Shown: one piece after another, positions 10,464-20,295 of the stretch | How the letters are laid out: each line of letters begins with the position of its first letter | Numbering within the stretch: position 1 is the first letter of the stretch | NCBI GenBank assembly: GCA_020348925.1 | Contig: CP070758.1 | Location: 2,743,688-2,807,687 of the forward strand | DNA length: 64,000 bases | From: Gemmatimonadota bacterium | Lineage (GTDB): Bacteria > JBHIER01 > G020348925 | Direction of reading: 5' to 3' | The notes under the pieces: generated by a model | Databases searched by the model: none | What the model was told of the DNA's origin: nothing | What the model saw: only the letters and a program-made list of their open reading frames with translations | Translations under genes and position numbers: made by a program

Positions 10464-10937
10464 ATGACTATGGATAGCAGAACACTTTCGAAGCTGTATG
10501 GCCTCAACCTGATGGTCATCGAGAAGAATGTGGAGGGGTTCACACCTGAGGATAGTTTTTTTCAACCACGGTCGGCCGGCAACTGCGCCAACTGGGTTTT
10601 GGGCCACATCGTCTCAACTCGGAATGAGGTCATGAAACTCATCGGCGAGAGTCCTCTCTGGAGTAAAGAGGAGACTGAACCGTACCGGCGGGGTTCGCTC
10701 CCTCTGACGGACGAGAGTATCGCTCTGCCCCTGGCGAAGATGTTGACCGACCTCAGGGCATCGCAGGACAAGCTTCTCACCGCACTGGACCAGATGTCTC
10801 CTGAGGAACTCGAAGCTCCCTTGGAAGATGGTACGCTATACGAACAACTGGCGGTCATACAGTTTCATGAGGCCTATCACGCGGGCCAGCTCGGTCTCCT
10901 GCGCCGCCTCATTGGGAAACCGTGCGCGATCCCGTGA
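10464..10937 (+). CDS. DinB/YfiT-family protein
   Basis: NCANWVLGHI and FHEAYHAGQLGLLRRLIG; GAAGGAGG RBS. Confidence 0.9.
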   Translation: MTMDSRTLSKLYGLNLMVIEKNVEGFTPEDSFFQPRSAGNCANWVLGHIVSTRNEVMKLIGESPLWSKEETEPYRRGSLPLTDESIALPLAKMLTDLRASQDKLLTALDQMSPEELEAPLEDGTLYEQLAVIQFHEAYHAGQLGLLRRLIGKPCAIP

Positions 10938-11428
10938 TCCCATCGATTACAAATTATATCACGTAATTTTTCGACTTTTCGACTCTGTGGGTCTTTTTAC
11001 TCGACGATTCAAAAAGAAGGTTGGCTCTTATATATTCTTCCGAATTTTACCATTCACGAAGCTGCCCGGCAGTAATCACATTTTAGACCATACCTTGTGG
11101 ATTGAGTTTGGGTAGTATAAGCTTGCAGGTTAGAGAATTATGAGGATAGATAGAATTATTGGAATACGAATTGACTCACGGGGAAATGATTATTCTGACT
11201 AAGGGTGTTTATAATAAAGCTGAGGATGGGAAGGGCGGATATATTGAGAAAATTAAGAGAACACTAGATATGGCAAAGCAGCTGAAACTCCAAAAGTGAT
11301 GTTTTTCAAAGAAAACATGCACTGTTGGAGTTTGAACGATATTATTAAATTTCTCCAAGAATCACAGAAATCAAGTCTCACCTTCACCAAGCTTTCGAGG
11401 GTTTCGTGATGAGACATGGTTTTGCCGA

Positions 11429-13666
11429 TCATGCGTCTAATCGCGCTTCTTGCAGCAAGGCTCTAAACCTCGGATCATCTGGAATACGATAGCTATCGAT
11501 TGGTATAATCCTGCACCAAGGGAGAAAACTGTCACGCTCCTTACATGCCCGTTCCAGCCAGTCCAATGCCAGTTCCAACTCACCACGGACAAGGTGAATA
11601 TAGAAGAATCCCATCGGAGGCATATACTCATGTCTCAGCCTCTGCTTCAAACTCTTCAATAGCTTCTCTCCTTGGGTGTTCCTCCCGGATTGAAAATAGT
11701 TTGTTGCAAGAATCATCGCTGGCCATGGAGTTCCAGTCCCAAGATCAACCGCCTTTTCGAATTCTTCAATCGCCTCTTCAATCATTGATTTTGCCCCATA
11801 GGCTAAACCGAGATAATAATGTGCTAAGTAAAAGCCAGGAGTCAACGTCAGCGTCATCTGCAATTCTTCTATCGCCTTATCATACTGACTGCCCCAAATG
11901 CATGCAAGACCTACGTGTGCGCTAATGAGGCCTGAAAGCGGATCTAGATCCTGTGCATACTTCGCCTCGATTACCGCTTTCTCATGACGCTCAGTTAAGG
12001 ACAAAAACCAGGAATAACTCATGTGAATAATCGCTGAGTTTGGGTACAACTTCAGGGCTCGATTCAATTCTCGTTCTGCCGACTTCCATTTCCAGTCATA
12101 AAATGTGTAAACGAGACCCAAAGCAGCGTGGGCTTCGCCAAGGGTATCATCTATCTCCAGAGCCTTTTTTGCGTATTCTTTTGCTTTAGGGTATGCGCCG
12201 TTTGGTGGTACATTCCCCCAAAACGAGATGGCGTAAAAGACTTCAGCGAGCCCATAATAGGCAAGTGCGTAATCCGGATCTTTTTGGAGTGAATGCTTAA
12301 AATACTCAATAGCTTTATTGAATCCTTCGGCTGTATACATTCTTAAGAAGTAAATGCCTTTCAGATAAAGGTTGTAAGCTTCGAGATCACCTGTATGATG
12401 CTTCAAGATTACCGATTTTTCTTTGCCCAAAAGCCTTACCTTCAGGTTGTCGATGATCGCTAAGGATATTTCATCCTGAATAGCAAAGACGTCATCCATT
12501 TCACGGTCAAAGCGCTCCGACCAGAGATGATAACCATCGGTGACATTGATGAGCTGTGCATTGATACGAAGACGATTCCCTGCCTTACGAACACTACCTT
12601 CGAGAACCGTTGACACACTCAGCTTCCTCCCAATTTCGCGCACGTCTATTTTCTCGCCTTTAAAGGCAAAGGCAGAAGTCCGGGCAGGCACACGTAGATT
12701 TTCAATTTTGGTCAGTGCATTGATGAGTTCTTCAGACATGCCGTCACAGAAGTATTCCTGCTCCGGATCGGCGCTCATGTTCACAAAAGGCAGAACAGCG
12801 ATCGAAGGTAGTGCCTTTTCTTGCGGGATAGTTTCCGCATCTGCTGTTTCAAATATTTTGCGAATAGCTTGCAAGTCTGCCAGTAGTTCTTCAACACTTT
12901 GATACCTTTCTCCTGGCTCTTTAGCCAGTGTTTTCTCCACTACCTGTGCCAATTCTGCAGGAACAACACTTCGAAAATCCGTCAGCAATTCCGGGTCTTC
13001 GTTCAGGATCGAGTATATCACGGCTTGCTCATAGTCGCCTTTGAATGGAAGCTGTCCCGTGATCATCTCATACAATACTACACCTAAAGACCAGATGTCC
13101 GTTCTGTGATCCACGGCTTCCCCTCGTGCCTGTTGAGGGGACATGTATGCTATTGTTCCCAATGTCGTACCTGTTTTCGTCAGTTTGGTACGACCACGCA
13201 ATTTGGCCAAACCAAAATCCATGATCTTAGCTTGACCTTTGGATGTGATCATGATATTGGCAGATTTAATATCTCGATGGACGATTCCCTTTTCATGGGC
13301 CTCATGAAGACCCTCAGCTATCTGACTGCTAATGTCAATCGCTTCTTCTATCTTGAGTGGCCCTCGTTCAATTTTCTCTTGTAAGGATTCTCCCTCATAA
13401 TAATCCATGCATATAAACATTTGCCCATCAGCAGTTTCATCAATCTCGTGGATAGTGGAGACATTGTTATGTTGTAGGGCTGAGGCAGTTTTAGCCTCTT
13501 GGATGAATCGCTCCTTTGCTTCAAGATCTTTTGTGAGTTCAGGAGGAAGAAATTTTAGGGCAACGGTGCGGTCAAGCTTGGTGTCCTGGGCTTTGTATAC
13601 CATTCCCATACCCCCTTCGCCCAGTTTTTCGAGGATTTTGTAGTGGGAAATGGTTTCACCGATCAT
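11429..13666 (-). CDS. Hanks-type Ser/Thr protein kinase with TolB-like domain and TPRs
   Basis: LGEGGMGMVY, VALKFL, HRDIKSAN, DFGLA, YMSPQQ; SIAVLPFVNMS..QEYFCDGMSEELI; TPR tail; AGGAGG RBS. Confidence 0.95.
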   Translation of the reverse strand: MIGETISHYKILEKLGEGGMGMVYKAQDTKLDRTVALKFLPPELTKDLEAKERFIQEAKTASALQHNNVSTIHEIDETADGQMFICMDYYEGESLQEKIERGPLKIEEAIDISSQIAEGLHEAHEKGIVHRDIKSANIMITSKGQAKIMDFGLAKLRGRTKLTKTGTTLGTIAYMSPQQARGEAVDHRTDIWSLGVVLYEMITGQLPFKGDYEQAVIYSILNEDPELLTDFRSVVPAELAQVVEKTLAKEPGERYQSVEELLADLQAIRKIFETADAETIPQEKALPSIAVLPFVNMSADPEQEYFCDGMSEELINALTKIENLRVPARTSAFAFKGEKIDVREIGRKLSVSTVLEGSVRKAGNRLRINAQLINVTDGYHLWSERFDREMDDVFAIQDEISLAIIDNLKVRLLGKEKSVILKHHTGDLEAYNLYLKGIYFLRMYTAEGFNKAIEYFKHSLQKDPDYALAYYGLAEVFYAISFWGNVPPNGAYPKAKEYAKKALEIDDTLGEAHAALGLVYTFYDWKWKSAERELNRALKLYPNSAIIHMSYSWFLSLTERHEKAVIEAKYAQDLDPLSGLISAHVGLACIWGSQYDKAIEELQMTLTLTPGFYLAHYYLGLAYGAKSMIEEAIEEFEKAVDLGTGTPWPAMILATNYFQSGRNTQGEKLLKSLKQRLRHEYMPPMGFFYIHLVRGELELALDWLERACKERDSFLPWCRIIPIDSYRIPDDPRFRALLQEARLDA

Positions 13667-13722
13667 AACTTGCTTATAAACCTCCTGTTAAGAGGAATCC
13701 AGCGATAGATAGATCTATATGT

Positions 13723-13751
13723 AAGCTATTCAGTTTCTTGTTTAAAAGCAA
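13723..13751 (-). promoter_or_regulatory. Possible sigma70 promoter of the kinase gene
   Basis: Minus strand TTGCTT-N17-TAGCTT, about 57 bp upstream of ATG 13666. Confidence 0.35.
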
Positions 13752-13994
13752 GGGGAAAAGCTAATTATGGTGGGAGAGTCTTTTATTCTAATGAGAAGTG
13801 GAATTGTATTTTGAAACACCACTATCCATTCCAGGGGCATTTTTTCCCTAAATCTGTAATATTGAATCTGACGGGGAATGATTTTCTATGGTCGAATTCT
13901 ATCACTTTTGACAGAAACATAGACTGTCCCAAATGGAGTAGAAGTAAAGAATATCTGTTATGTAGAAAGTCAAGAGATTTCTTGACGATTTTTT

Positions 13995-14094
13995 NNNNNN
14001 NNNNNNNNNNNNNNNNNNNNNNNNNNNNNNNNNNNNNNNNNNNNNNNNNNNNNNNNNNNNNNNNNNNNNNNNNNNNNNNNNNNNNNNNNNNNNN
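13995..14094. other. Assembly spacer (100 N)
   Basis: Exactly 100 N; coding on the right side, apparently non-coding on the left. Confidence 0.99.
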
Positions 14095-14805
14095 ATTGTC
14101 ATTGAGGGCGTGGCTGCCGACCTCGTTGGAGTTGGGCTCGACCATCAGATCGTAGCCGACGACGATGGGATGGTCCCGGTACGCCTGAGCTGTATACCTC
14201 CACATCGCCACCCACGCATCCTGCGCCTCCTGGCTCTGCCACATGGAGTCGTTGAGATAGCTCTCATCGAACCAGTCGCCGGCCCCGTCCCAGTAAAAGG
14301 TGAAATCACTCCGACCCGGACCTGTCCGAAAACTGATGACGGCGAACATGTCGACCTGTTCGATCATCTCGAGAAGGTTATCCAAATTATTCATGATGTC
14401 CTGATCTAAAACATAAGGTGGTGTTTCGGTATACAATCCGGGATGGGAGATATTGACATAATTGGCGCCAAGAGTAGCAAGGTTATCGAAATCGCTCTGG
14501 GTATACGGTGGACCCACAGGACCTGATCCCATAAAAGTAGGACCATCGAGCTCCGGGTAGACACGGCGCTGGTAGATGTTCGCTCCCCGCAGTTGCGTCT
14601 CGTTCGACCACAAGGACCACTTGTCAAGCTGCGGTTCTGTATGTCTCCCCTCAGTACTATCCGCCTGCTCGGCATCCCAGTGATCCGGATCGGCGGACAG
14701 GCTCATGGCGGACACAAATGCGGAACGCGCGTTGCCTGACAGACCGACCGTGGACAGCACAGCGATCAGGAGACAATGTCTGAGAATTGTTTTAATCTCT
14801 CTCAT
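14095..14805 (-). CDS. Secreted GH5/cellulase-like glycoside hydrolase, truncated by the gap
   Basis: Signal peptide; LRGANIY; DFDNLATLGANYVNIS; WRYTAQAYRDHPIVVGYDLMVEPN (acid/base Glu in VEP rather than NEP). Confidence 0.75.
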
Positions 14806-14842
14806 TCACGCTCTTCCTTTAGATCCAAATTGTTCACGTACA

Positions 14843-14885
14843 CGTACTTTTCTCCAAAAGTACGAACCGCTCATTCTTTTGTCAA
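14843..14885 (-). promoter_or_regulatory. Sigma70 promoter with overlapping operator-like inverted repeat
   Basis: Minus strand TTGACA-N17-TACTTT (14885-14857); perfect 9-bp IR CGTACTTTT-ctcc-AAAAGTACG (14843-14864) covers the -10 and +1. Confidence 0.65.
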
Positions 14886-15049
14886 CTGAATTCTCATGCT
14901 CTACATTTTTGCAATTTCAAAGAAATAATCCCCTCTAACTCCCCTTTGAAAAGGGGAGAAATAAAAAGCTCCTTTTATCAGTAGTATGAGAACAATAGTG
15001 AGTTTTTTAGAATGAGACGCGAAACGCGAGTGGTGGGAGATAAATGGTT

Positions 15050-15157
15050 TATCCTGCTTTATTCACAAACTGTCATTCCGGCCGAAGTGCCGGAATCTCC
15101 TCGGTTGTCTCAACTTTCTCTCTACTAAGGAGATTCCGGTATTAAACCGGAATGACA
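15050..15157. repeat. REP/MITE-like palindromic element, copy 2 (inverted relative to copy 1)
   Basis: TGTCATTCCGG (15071)...CCGGAATGACA (15157); 40-nt identity plus about 20 nt of similar flank with 5158-5265. Confidence 0.85.
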
Positions 15158-15423
15158 TGCAGGGTTACTGTGGAAAGGATAAACGAACGGACTTCAAAAC
15201 CAATAACTTTCATAAGGCAAATTAAAGGTATAAATTAAATTATTTCATGACCAATTTTATGAATAATCCAGGTTATATAAAATCAATATGAAAGATTTAT
15301 CTCTTTGGGATATGCACTATATTTTATGGTAGAAAAAAGTAGCCTGTTCCCAATTATCACACGTGATTCTCTAATCATCGCACTCGAATCGTTGAATCCA
15401 GACTCCTTGAACCCCTATTTCCA

Positions 15424-16338
15424 CTACATTTCAATCTCAGTCCGAAAAACAATAACAGCCCTACCCCCAACTTTCACTTGAATTGGATTCCCGTTATGTA
15501 TCTTCACCGTCACGTCCACAATACCACTCCTCCCTATCGCCTCACCCTGTTCCGCCTTGAACGACAGAACGTTTCCATCATGCTCAGCGAAACGGTGTTT
15601 GACCAAATATGCGCCAAGTGGCCCGTTCGCATTCCCTGTAACCGGGTCCTCTAAAATTCCGATGGCAGGGGCGAACATTCTCCCGTGAGATTTGATATCG
15701 CTCGATTTCGAATCCAATGTGAAGACAAAGTACCCGTTGCAGCCGATCGATTCGCTCAGCGTGCTCAATCCATTCATGTCCGGAGATAAGGAGTTGAGTC
15801 TTTTTCTGCTTTTAATTCCAATCAGAACTTTGGAATGTCCCGTGGAAACTATCTGAACCGGACATCGTTCGTCAAGGTCCTCTTGAACCAAACCTAAGTG
15901 TACTAATAATTGTTCACAATCACTGGCGGCCAGGGGAGGGTAGAATTCAATGTCCCCTTGAGTCATTTGTATCGTATAATCGTTTTCCTCTTTTGTAACA
16001 TCGACCGGTAGGATTCCGATGCCGATCCTCTGTCTGAGAGTAGAAGAATTCATCTGGTTTTCAACAGCCCGGACGTAATGGGCGGCGATCGTGGCATGTC
16101 CGCACGAAGGCACTTCGGTCGTCGGCGTAAAAAATCTGATCCAGACGTCATGGTCAGGGTCGGTCGGTGATAGAATGAAAGCCGTTTCCGAATTATTGAG
16201 CTCTCGTGCAATACACTGCATCTCACCGTCTGATAATCCATCAGCATCCGGGACAACACCGGCCGGATTCCCCTTAAACTTCTCCGTCGTAAACGCGTCC
16301 ACTTGATAAATTCGATATCTTTTCATTTTCTGTACCAT
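15424..16338 (-). CDS. PhzF-family isomerase
   Basis: YQVDAFT...GNPAGVV; ARELNNSETAF; RFFTPTTEVPSCGHATIA; EDPVTGNANG. Confidence 0.93.
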   Translation of the reverse strand: MVQKMKRYRIYQVDAFTTEKFKGNPAGVVPDADGLSDGEMQCIARELNNSETAFILSPTDPDHDVWIRFFTPTTEVPSCGHATIAAHYVRAVENQMNSSTLRQRIGIGILPVDVTKEENDYTIQMTQGDIEFYPPLAASDCEQLLVHLGLVQEDLDERCPVQIVSTGHSKVLIGIKSRKRLNSLSPDMNGLSTLSESIGCNGYFVFTLDSKSSDIKSHGRMFAPAIGILEDPVTGNANGPLGAYLVKHRFAEHDGNVLSFKAEQGEAIGRSGIVDVTVKIHNGNPIQVKVGGRAVIVFRTEIEM

Positions 16339-16376
16339 TCCGAGTGAAACCTATTCAACTCGCCTTTGTTCTCTCA

Positions 16377-16816
16377 TGTCATACTGAGCGAAGCTCCTCA
16401 TCGAGCCTATCCCCCTTTTTCTATAAATGCCCTGAAGCCTGAGTCTTTAAGGCCATCCGACGCATGTAGCGGTCGTTTTTTCCATTGTCTGAGTCCTCGA
16501 GAGTCGAGGAAGAGTTTGGAAAAAACAGCGCTATGCGTCGCTGATGGCCTCGGCGAAGGTTTTGGGCTGGCTTTTCTTGTTGCTTCTTTCACCTTTCGGA
16601 AATTTCGATAATTTCCGAAAGGTACATCAGGTGGTTCGGAGGAAAGGATTGCTTTCCTCCGAGGGGTAACAGGATTTCGATGTGAGCTGGTGGAGCATCT
16701 CCTTTCGTCCCCAAGAGTCAGTTTGGGGACGAAAGCCTTCGCGTATAGGGGCGAGAGCCCCTTGGAAGTGTTGAGCAAAGCGAACACACTTGTTCTTGGC
16801 CAGCAAAGAAAAAGAT
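16377..16816. repeat. Highly structured non-coding element (composite palindromic repeat/MITE or structured RNA)
   Basis: Imperfect hairpin 16429-16567; perfect stems at 16591-16623 (14 bp), 16636-16662 (11 bp), 16702-16735 (13 bp), 16747-16762 (6 bp, GAGA loop), 16766-16791 (6 bp). Confidence 0.7.
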
Positions 16817-16993
16817 GATGAAAAAATTTACTACTTCTATAAGGTGGTTGTAATGGTATCCTGGGGTCTATCCCCCTCTAATTCGCACTTACGTCATTTA
16901 ATCGATTCAGCACTTCGTCGAATCTCCAACACGAACCGCAAAATGTACCTACAAATCCTTGAGGTGACGTCTTTTTTCTATACTTTAGTGAGA

Positions 16994-17120
16994 TCAGTAC
17001 CTCAAAAGCGCCGCGATCTCGCCAGCCTCGGTCAACATCGGAATGGGATCGACAAAGTCGACCTCCCCGCCAGATCCTTCGAGGATTTCGACGATCTCGT
17101 TCACAACGTCAACCTCAAAC
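16994..17120 (-). CDS. C-terminal fragment of an eRF1/baeRF-like (release-factor family) protein; 5' part lost at the gap
   Basis: Hand translation FEVDVVNEIVEILEGSGGEVDFVDPIPMLTEAGEIAALLRY* resembles the eRF1 domain-3 ending (...GgIaAlLRY/F*). Confidence 0.65.
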
Positions 17121-17220
17121 NNNNNNNNNNNNNNNNNNNNNNNNNNNNNNNNNNNNNNNNNNNNNNNNNNNNNNNNNNNNNNNNNNNNNNNNNNNNNNNN
17201 NNNNNNNNNNNNNNNNNNNN
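17121..17220. other. Assembly spacer (100 N)
   Basis: Exactly 100 N; unrelated genes on either side. Confidence 0.99.
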
Positions 17221-17706
17221 CTCTTCGCGATCGAGCTGGATACCCATCACAATAATCTGCCCTTTGGCAAATTCTATGAAATCCGTAGCGGCCGTCTGTT
17301 TCAGCAGTCGGACGGCCCCCTGGGCGGCCACCGACTCCGGATGAATGATGAGATCAATATCAAATTTTTGGGCGTTTATCGGGGCATCGGTCCGTAAAAA
17401 TTCCCTGTTCTTCACACGTGCGATGGTTTTTCCAACACCGTAGTGCTTTGCGGAAATGACGGAGACAAGATTCGCCTCGTCGGAATTGGTCACGGCAACC
17501 ACCAGGTCAGCTTCTCTGATGCCCACGTGTTCCAAGACAGTCATGCTTGTGCCGCTGCCACGTAAGACGTGCGCATCCAGTGTGTCGGCCGCTCGTGCAC
17601 ACTTTTCCTGATCCTTTTCAATTAAATAGATATCATGCTGCTCATAGGAAAGCATCTTCGCCAAATTATAGCCGATATCTCCGGCGCCGATGATGATGAT
17701 TCTCAC
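17221..17706 (-). CDS. trkA: Trk potassium uptake NAD-binding protein TrkA, truncated by the gap
   Basis: GTG start with GAAGAGG RBS; RIIIIGAGDIG; ADLVVAVTNSDEANL; KTIARV; IDLIIHPE. Confidence 0.9.
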
Positions 17707-18351
17707 CTGTGGGTCCTCTTCACTCGCTAGCAGGGAGCGATGGTGCAAAAATGGAAGGGTTCATTTTTTTGTGAACTCGTTTCGATGGCGTTCATCGTCC
17801 CGCTGCACAGATTCGGATACCGCTCTTTACTGAAAAGTGATCGGTTTCTTCAGACCGCTTGTTCATGACCCTTTCACCACGGATTCACTCGATGGCTGTT
17901 AGAACATCAACCGTAATATAATACCCCAAAAAAGGGGAAAGTCAAGGTCTTTTTGCAAGCAACTTTGTGATTTTTCAAGGATTGACAAAAATTACCGGCC
18001 TCGCCGGGATGCATACCACACACTGTGAGGAATGTACAACAAAAAATCTGCATCTTCCTGAGCGTGGAAGTTCCAAAGAGAGACGAAAAGGGAAAAGGAT
18101 CTGGAAACAGATTTGCATTTATGTTATTATAATTGTCGTTATCAACTGCCTTTCCTGGATTCTTTAAATGCTTCAGCTAAGAATACAAATACGCAGGTCG
18201 ATGTTCCCTTCTCTCCGGGCGTGCTATCAAAGAAAAAGGCTCCGTCAGCAAACCAAGTTTTGTGTGAATCGGGTACTGGTTATCCGCTCACGAACCACAG
18301 TAAAAAAGCAGCCTGTCCCCTTTCCTATGCACATCTCCTTTTTTCATCAGT

Positions 18352-19254
18352 TCAACGCTGTTCGAACTCAGCAACCGATTCAGCAAATTTTTTCCCCAAA
18401 TCAATATACCCTTCGCTACTGTAATGATACCGGTCAGAGTACCGATAATGATCCGTGCTCGTAACGAGCGCAGCATGTCCATCTTTTTCCACAAAAAGCG
18501 ACTGTGCTTCGCGTACGATTTGCCCAAAATCCCACACTTTTCCATCCGCATCCTGACCCGAATCAGAAATCCGCCCTATAACTACCGGCAGATCATCAAT
18601 GCGAAAGGCCGCACGCATCAAATCCATTAATCGCTTCAGATTTGCCTCATAGCGTCGTGCGACTTCCTCGCTGTAATAGGCGTCACTCTCACCCTGCATC
18701 CATAGTATTCCGGATGGAATAAGGTGATCGGCTTTTCCATCACCATCGATATCTTTCACGGAAAAGGCGTTGCGTAGCGTCGAAAGGAAATGATCGTACT
18801 GATTCACACCGGTACTGTCACCGTAATCCGGATCCCAGCTCCCAAATTTTCTCGCAGCTTCTTGATCTATCGATGTCCCTCCGCGTGAATACTTGACAAG
18901 AGCGATGTTGGTCATCGGAGACAATTCCACGAGTCGTCGAGCAAACGTCAGCTCCACCCCGAACCGATCCGAATAGGTATTCGTAACGCCATCGCATTCA
19001 AAACCTCTCCCGTGACCCGGACGAAGCTCGGACCAGATACCCCTTCCGTCTATTTCCGCATTATCAGGGGCCGTATTTCCATGGAAAATCATCACGCCTT
19101 CAACCGGAGCATTCAGTTCCTCAGGCAAATCCGCGATATAGCCCATTCCATCCATATTCGATTGTCCGCCAAGATAGTAGAGCTTATACTCTTTTCCTGT
19201 AACGATATGTAGAGAAAACAAGAGTGAAACAAGAACACAAGCAATGTTTTTCAT
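18352..19254 (-). CDS. Secreted sialate O-acetylesterase-like (SASA/CE6) esterase
   Basis: Signal peptide; GGQSNM; FGVELTFA; WMQGESD; DRYH (DxxH). Confidence 0.88.
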   Translation of the reverse strand: MKNIACVLVSLLFSLHIVTGKEYKLYYLGGQSNMDGMGYIADLPEELNAPVEGVMIFHGNTAPDNAEIDGRGIWSELRPGHGRGFECDGVTNTYSDRFGVELTFARRLVELSPMTNIALVKYSRGGTSIDQEAARKFGSWDPDYGDSTGVNQYDHFLSTLRNAFSVKDIDGDGKADHLIPSGILWMQGESDAYYSEEVARRYEANLKRLMDLMRAAFRIDDLPVVIGRISDSGQDADGKVWDFGQIVREAQSLFVEKDGHAALVTSTDHYRYSDRYHYSSEGYIDLGKKFAESVAEFEQR

Positions 19255-19292
19255 GGCTTTCTACCCCCGATTTCAATAGTATCACTTGCAAT

Positions 19293-20234
19293 TCAATATA
19301 TTTTCCGATCTTGTGATCGTACATCCACTACCCTCTGACCACTATTGAGCTTACCATGAATGGCATTCGCCCTGAAAGGTTTACTGGCATCATAGTATCT
19401 TTTACTCGTATCAATTGTTGAGATAAGAACCCCTGCTTCATCTTCGATAAGTTTTCCAGCGATCAGCCCGTCAGGGGTAATAAAATGACACGGCCAGCTG
19501 CACGGTGCCGATGAGTTCGTCAATGACATGAACATATAATTCGTGGCAGCCCGCGCCTGCGCCGTCACAGGCATGATGATGGGATGGATGCTGCCCTGCT
19601 TCTGGCGCGCATTGTAAAATGACTGAAAGATCACCTGCACATCTTTTGTACTATAGGCCCGGTAGAGCTCCGGGAAACGGATATCATAACAGATGAGTAA
19701 TCCGCATTTCACCCCATTCACCTCGAATGTCACAAAGTGATCCCCTGGTGAATAGTACGCCAAGTCATCACTGGTACAGAATCGCTTGTCATAACGATCG
19801 ATAATCCGACCTTCAGGATCGATCACATATAAACTGTTATGAGGCTTGTGCCCTGCACTGAGACGATGTGTACTGCCCAAAAGAACCCAGAGATCCAGTT
19901 CATCCGCCAACGAAAGAATCGCTTTGGTTTGCCTGTGCAATGCACCCCAATCCAAGTCGTCAAGGGAATCAAAATCCACACCGGCATAACCCGAAAGCGC
20001 GCACTCGGGAAAATGGACGATATGCGCACCTTCCTGTTTGGATTCCTTCATCTGTTTCTGAATCCACTGTGCATTGGCGGAGACATCGGCACATACCGGA
20101 AACTGGCAGCTGGCTATGCATAACGTGCCAGGTTCGCTTTGAGAGAGAACCGTTGTTCCACTGAGATGAGTAGAAACGATCTCCATCAAGAAAAGAACAC
20201 AAAATATTTCACACAGAAGGATTCTTTTTCTCAT
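19293..20234 (-). CDS. Carbon-nitrogen hydrolase (nitrilase/amidase superfamily) with possible signal peptide
   Basis: Catalytic triad in HFPECAL (E), RYDKRF (K), ICYDIRFPE (C); hydrophobic N-terminus from ATG 20234. Confidence 0.88.
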   Translation of the reverse strand: MRKRILLCEIFCVLFLMEIVSTHLSGTTVLSQSEPGTLCIASCQFPVCADVSANAQWIQKQMKESKQEGAHIVHFPECALSGYAGVDFDSLDDLDWGALHRQTKAILSLADELDLWVLLGSTHRLSAGHKPHNSLYVIDPEGRIIDRYDKRFCTSDDLAYYSPGDHFVTFEVNGVKCGLLICYDIRFPELYRAYSTKDVQVIFQSFYNARQKQGSIHPIIMPVTAQARAATNYMFMSLTNSSAPCSWPCHFITPDGLIAGKLIEDEAGVLISTIDTSKRYYDASKPFRANAIHGKLNSGQRVVDVRSQDRKIY

Positions 20235-20295
20235 CGAAAGTCTCCTGACTGAAGTACATATAAACAGGGAAGGGTGGCAATATACCTCATCGAAC

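Noticed and set aside
10938-11428. Possible pseudogene in AT-rich intergenic DNA
   Set aside because: Frames examined are stop-interrupted and nothing identifiable emerged.
13822-13994. ORF-track extension of the GH5-like gene across the first gap
   Set aside because: Read-through of Ns; the left part is AT-rich with no GH5 motifs.
16366-16787. ORFs of 81 and 126 aa over the structured element
   Set aside because: No recognisable motifs or RBS; better explained by palindromic sequence.
17101-17220. ORF-track C-terminus of TrkA beyond the gap
   Set aside because: Artefact; this sequence encodes a different protein in another frame.
17707-17910. Possible c-di-AMP (ydaO) riboswitch in the trkA leader
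   Set aside because: Only a GTGAATCC-like fragment is present; the conserved GGAGGAAC and CAGCTAAC elements are absent.
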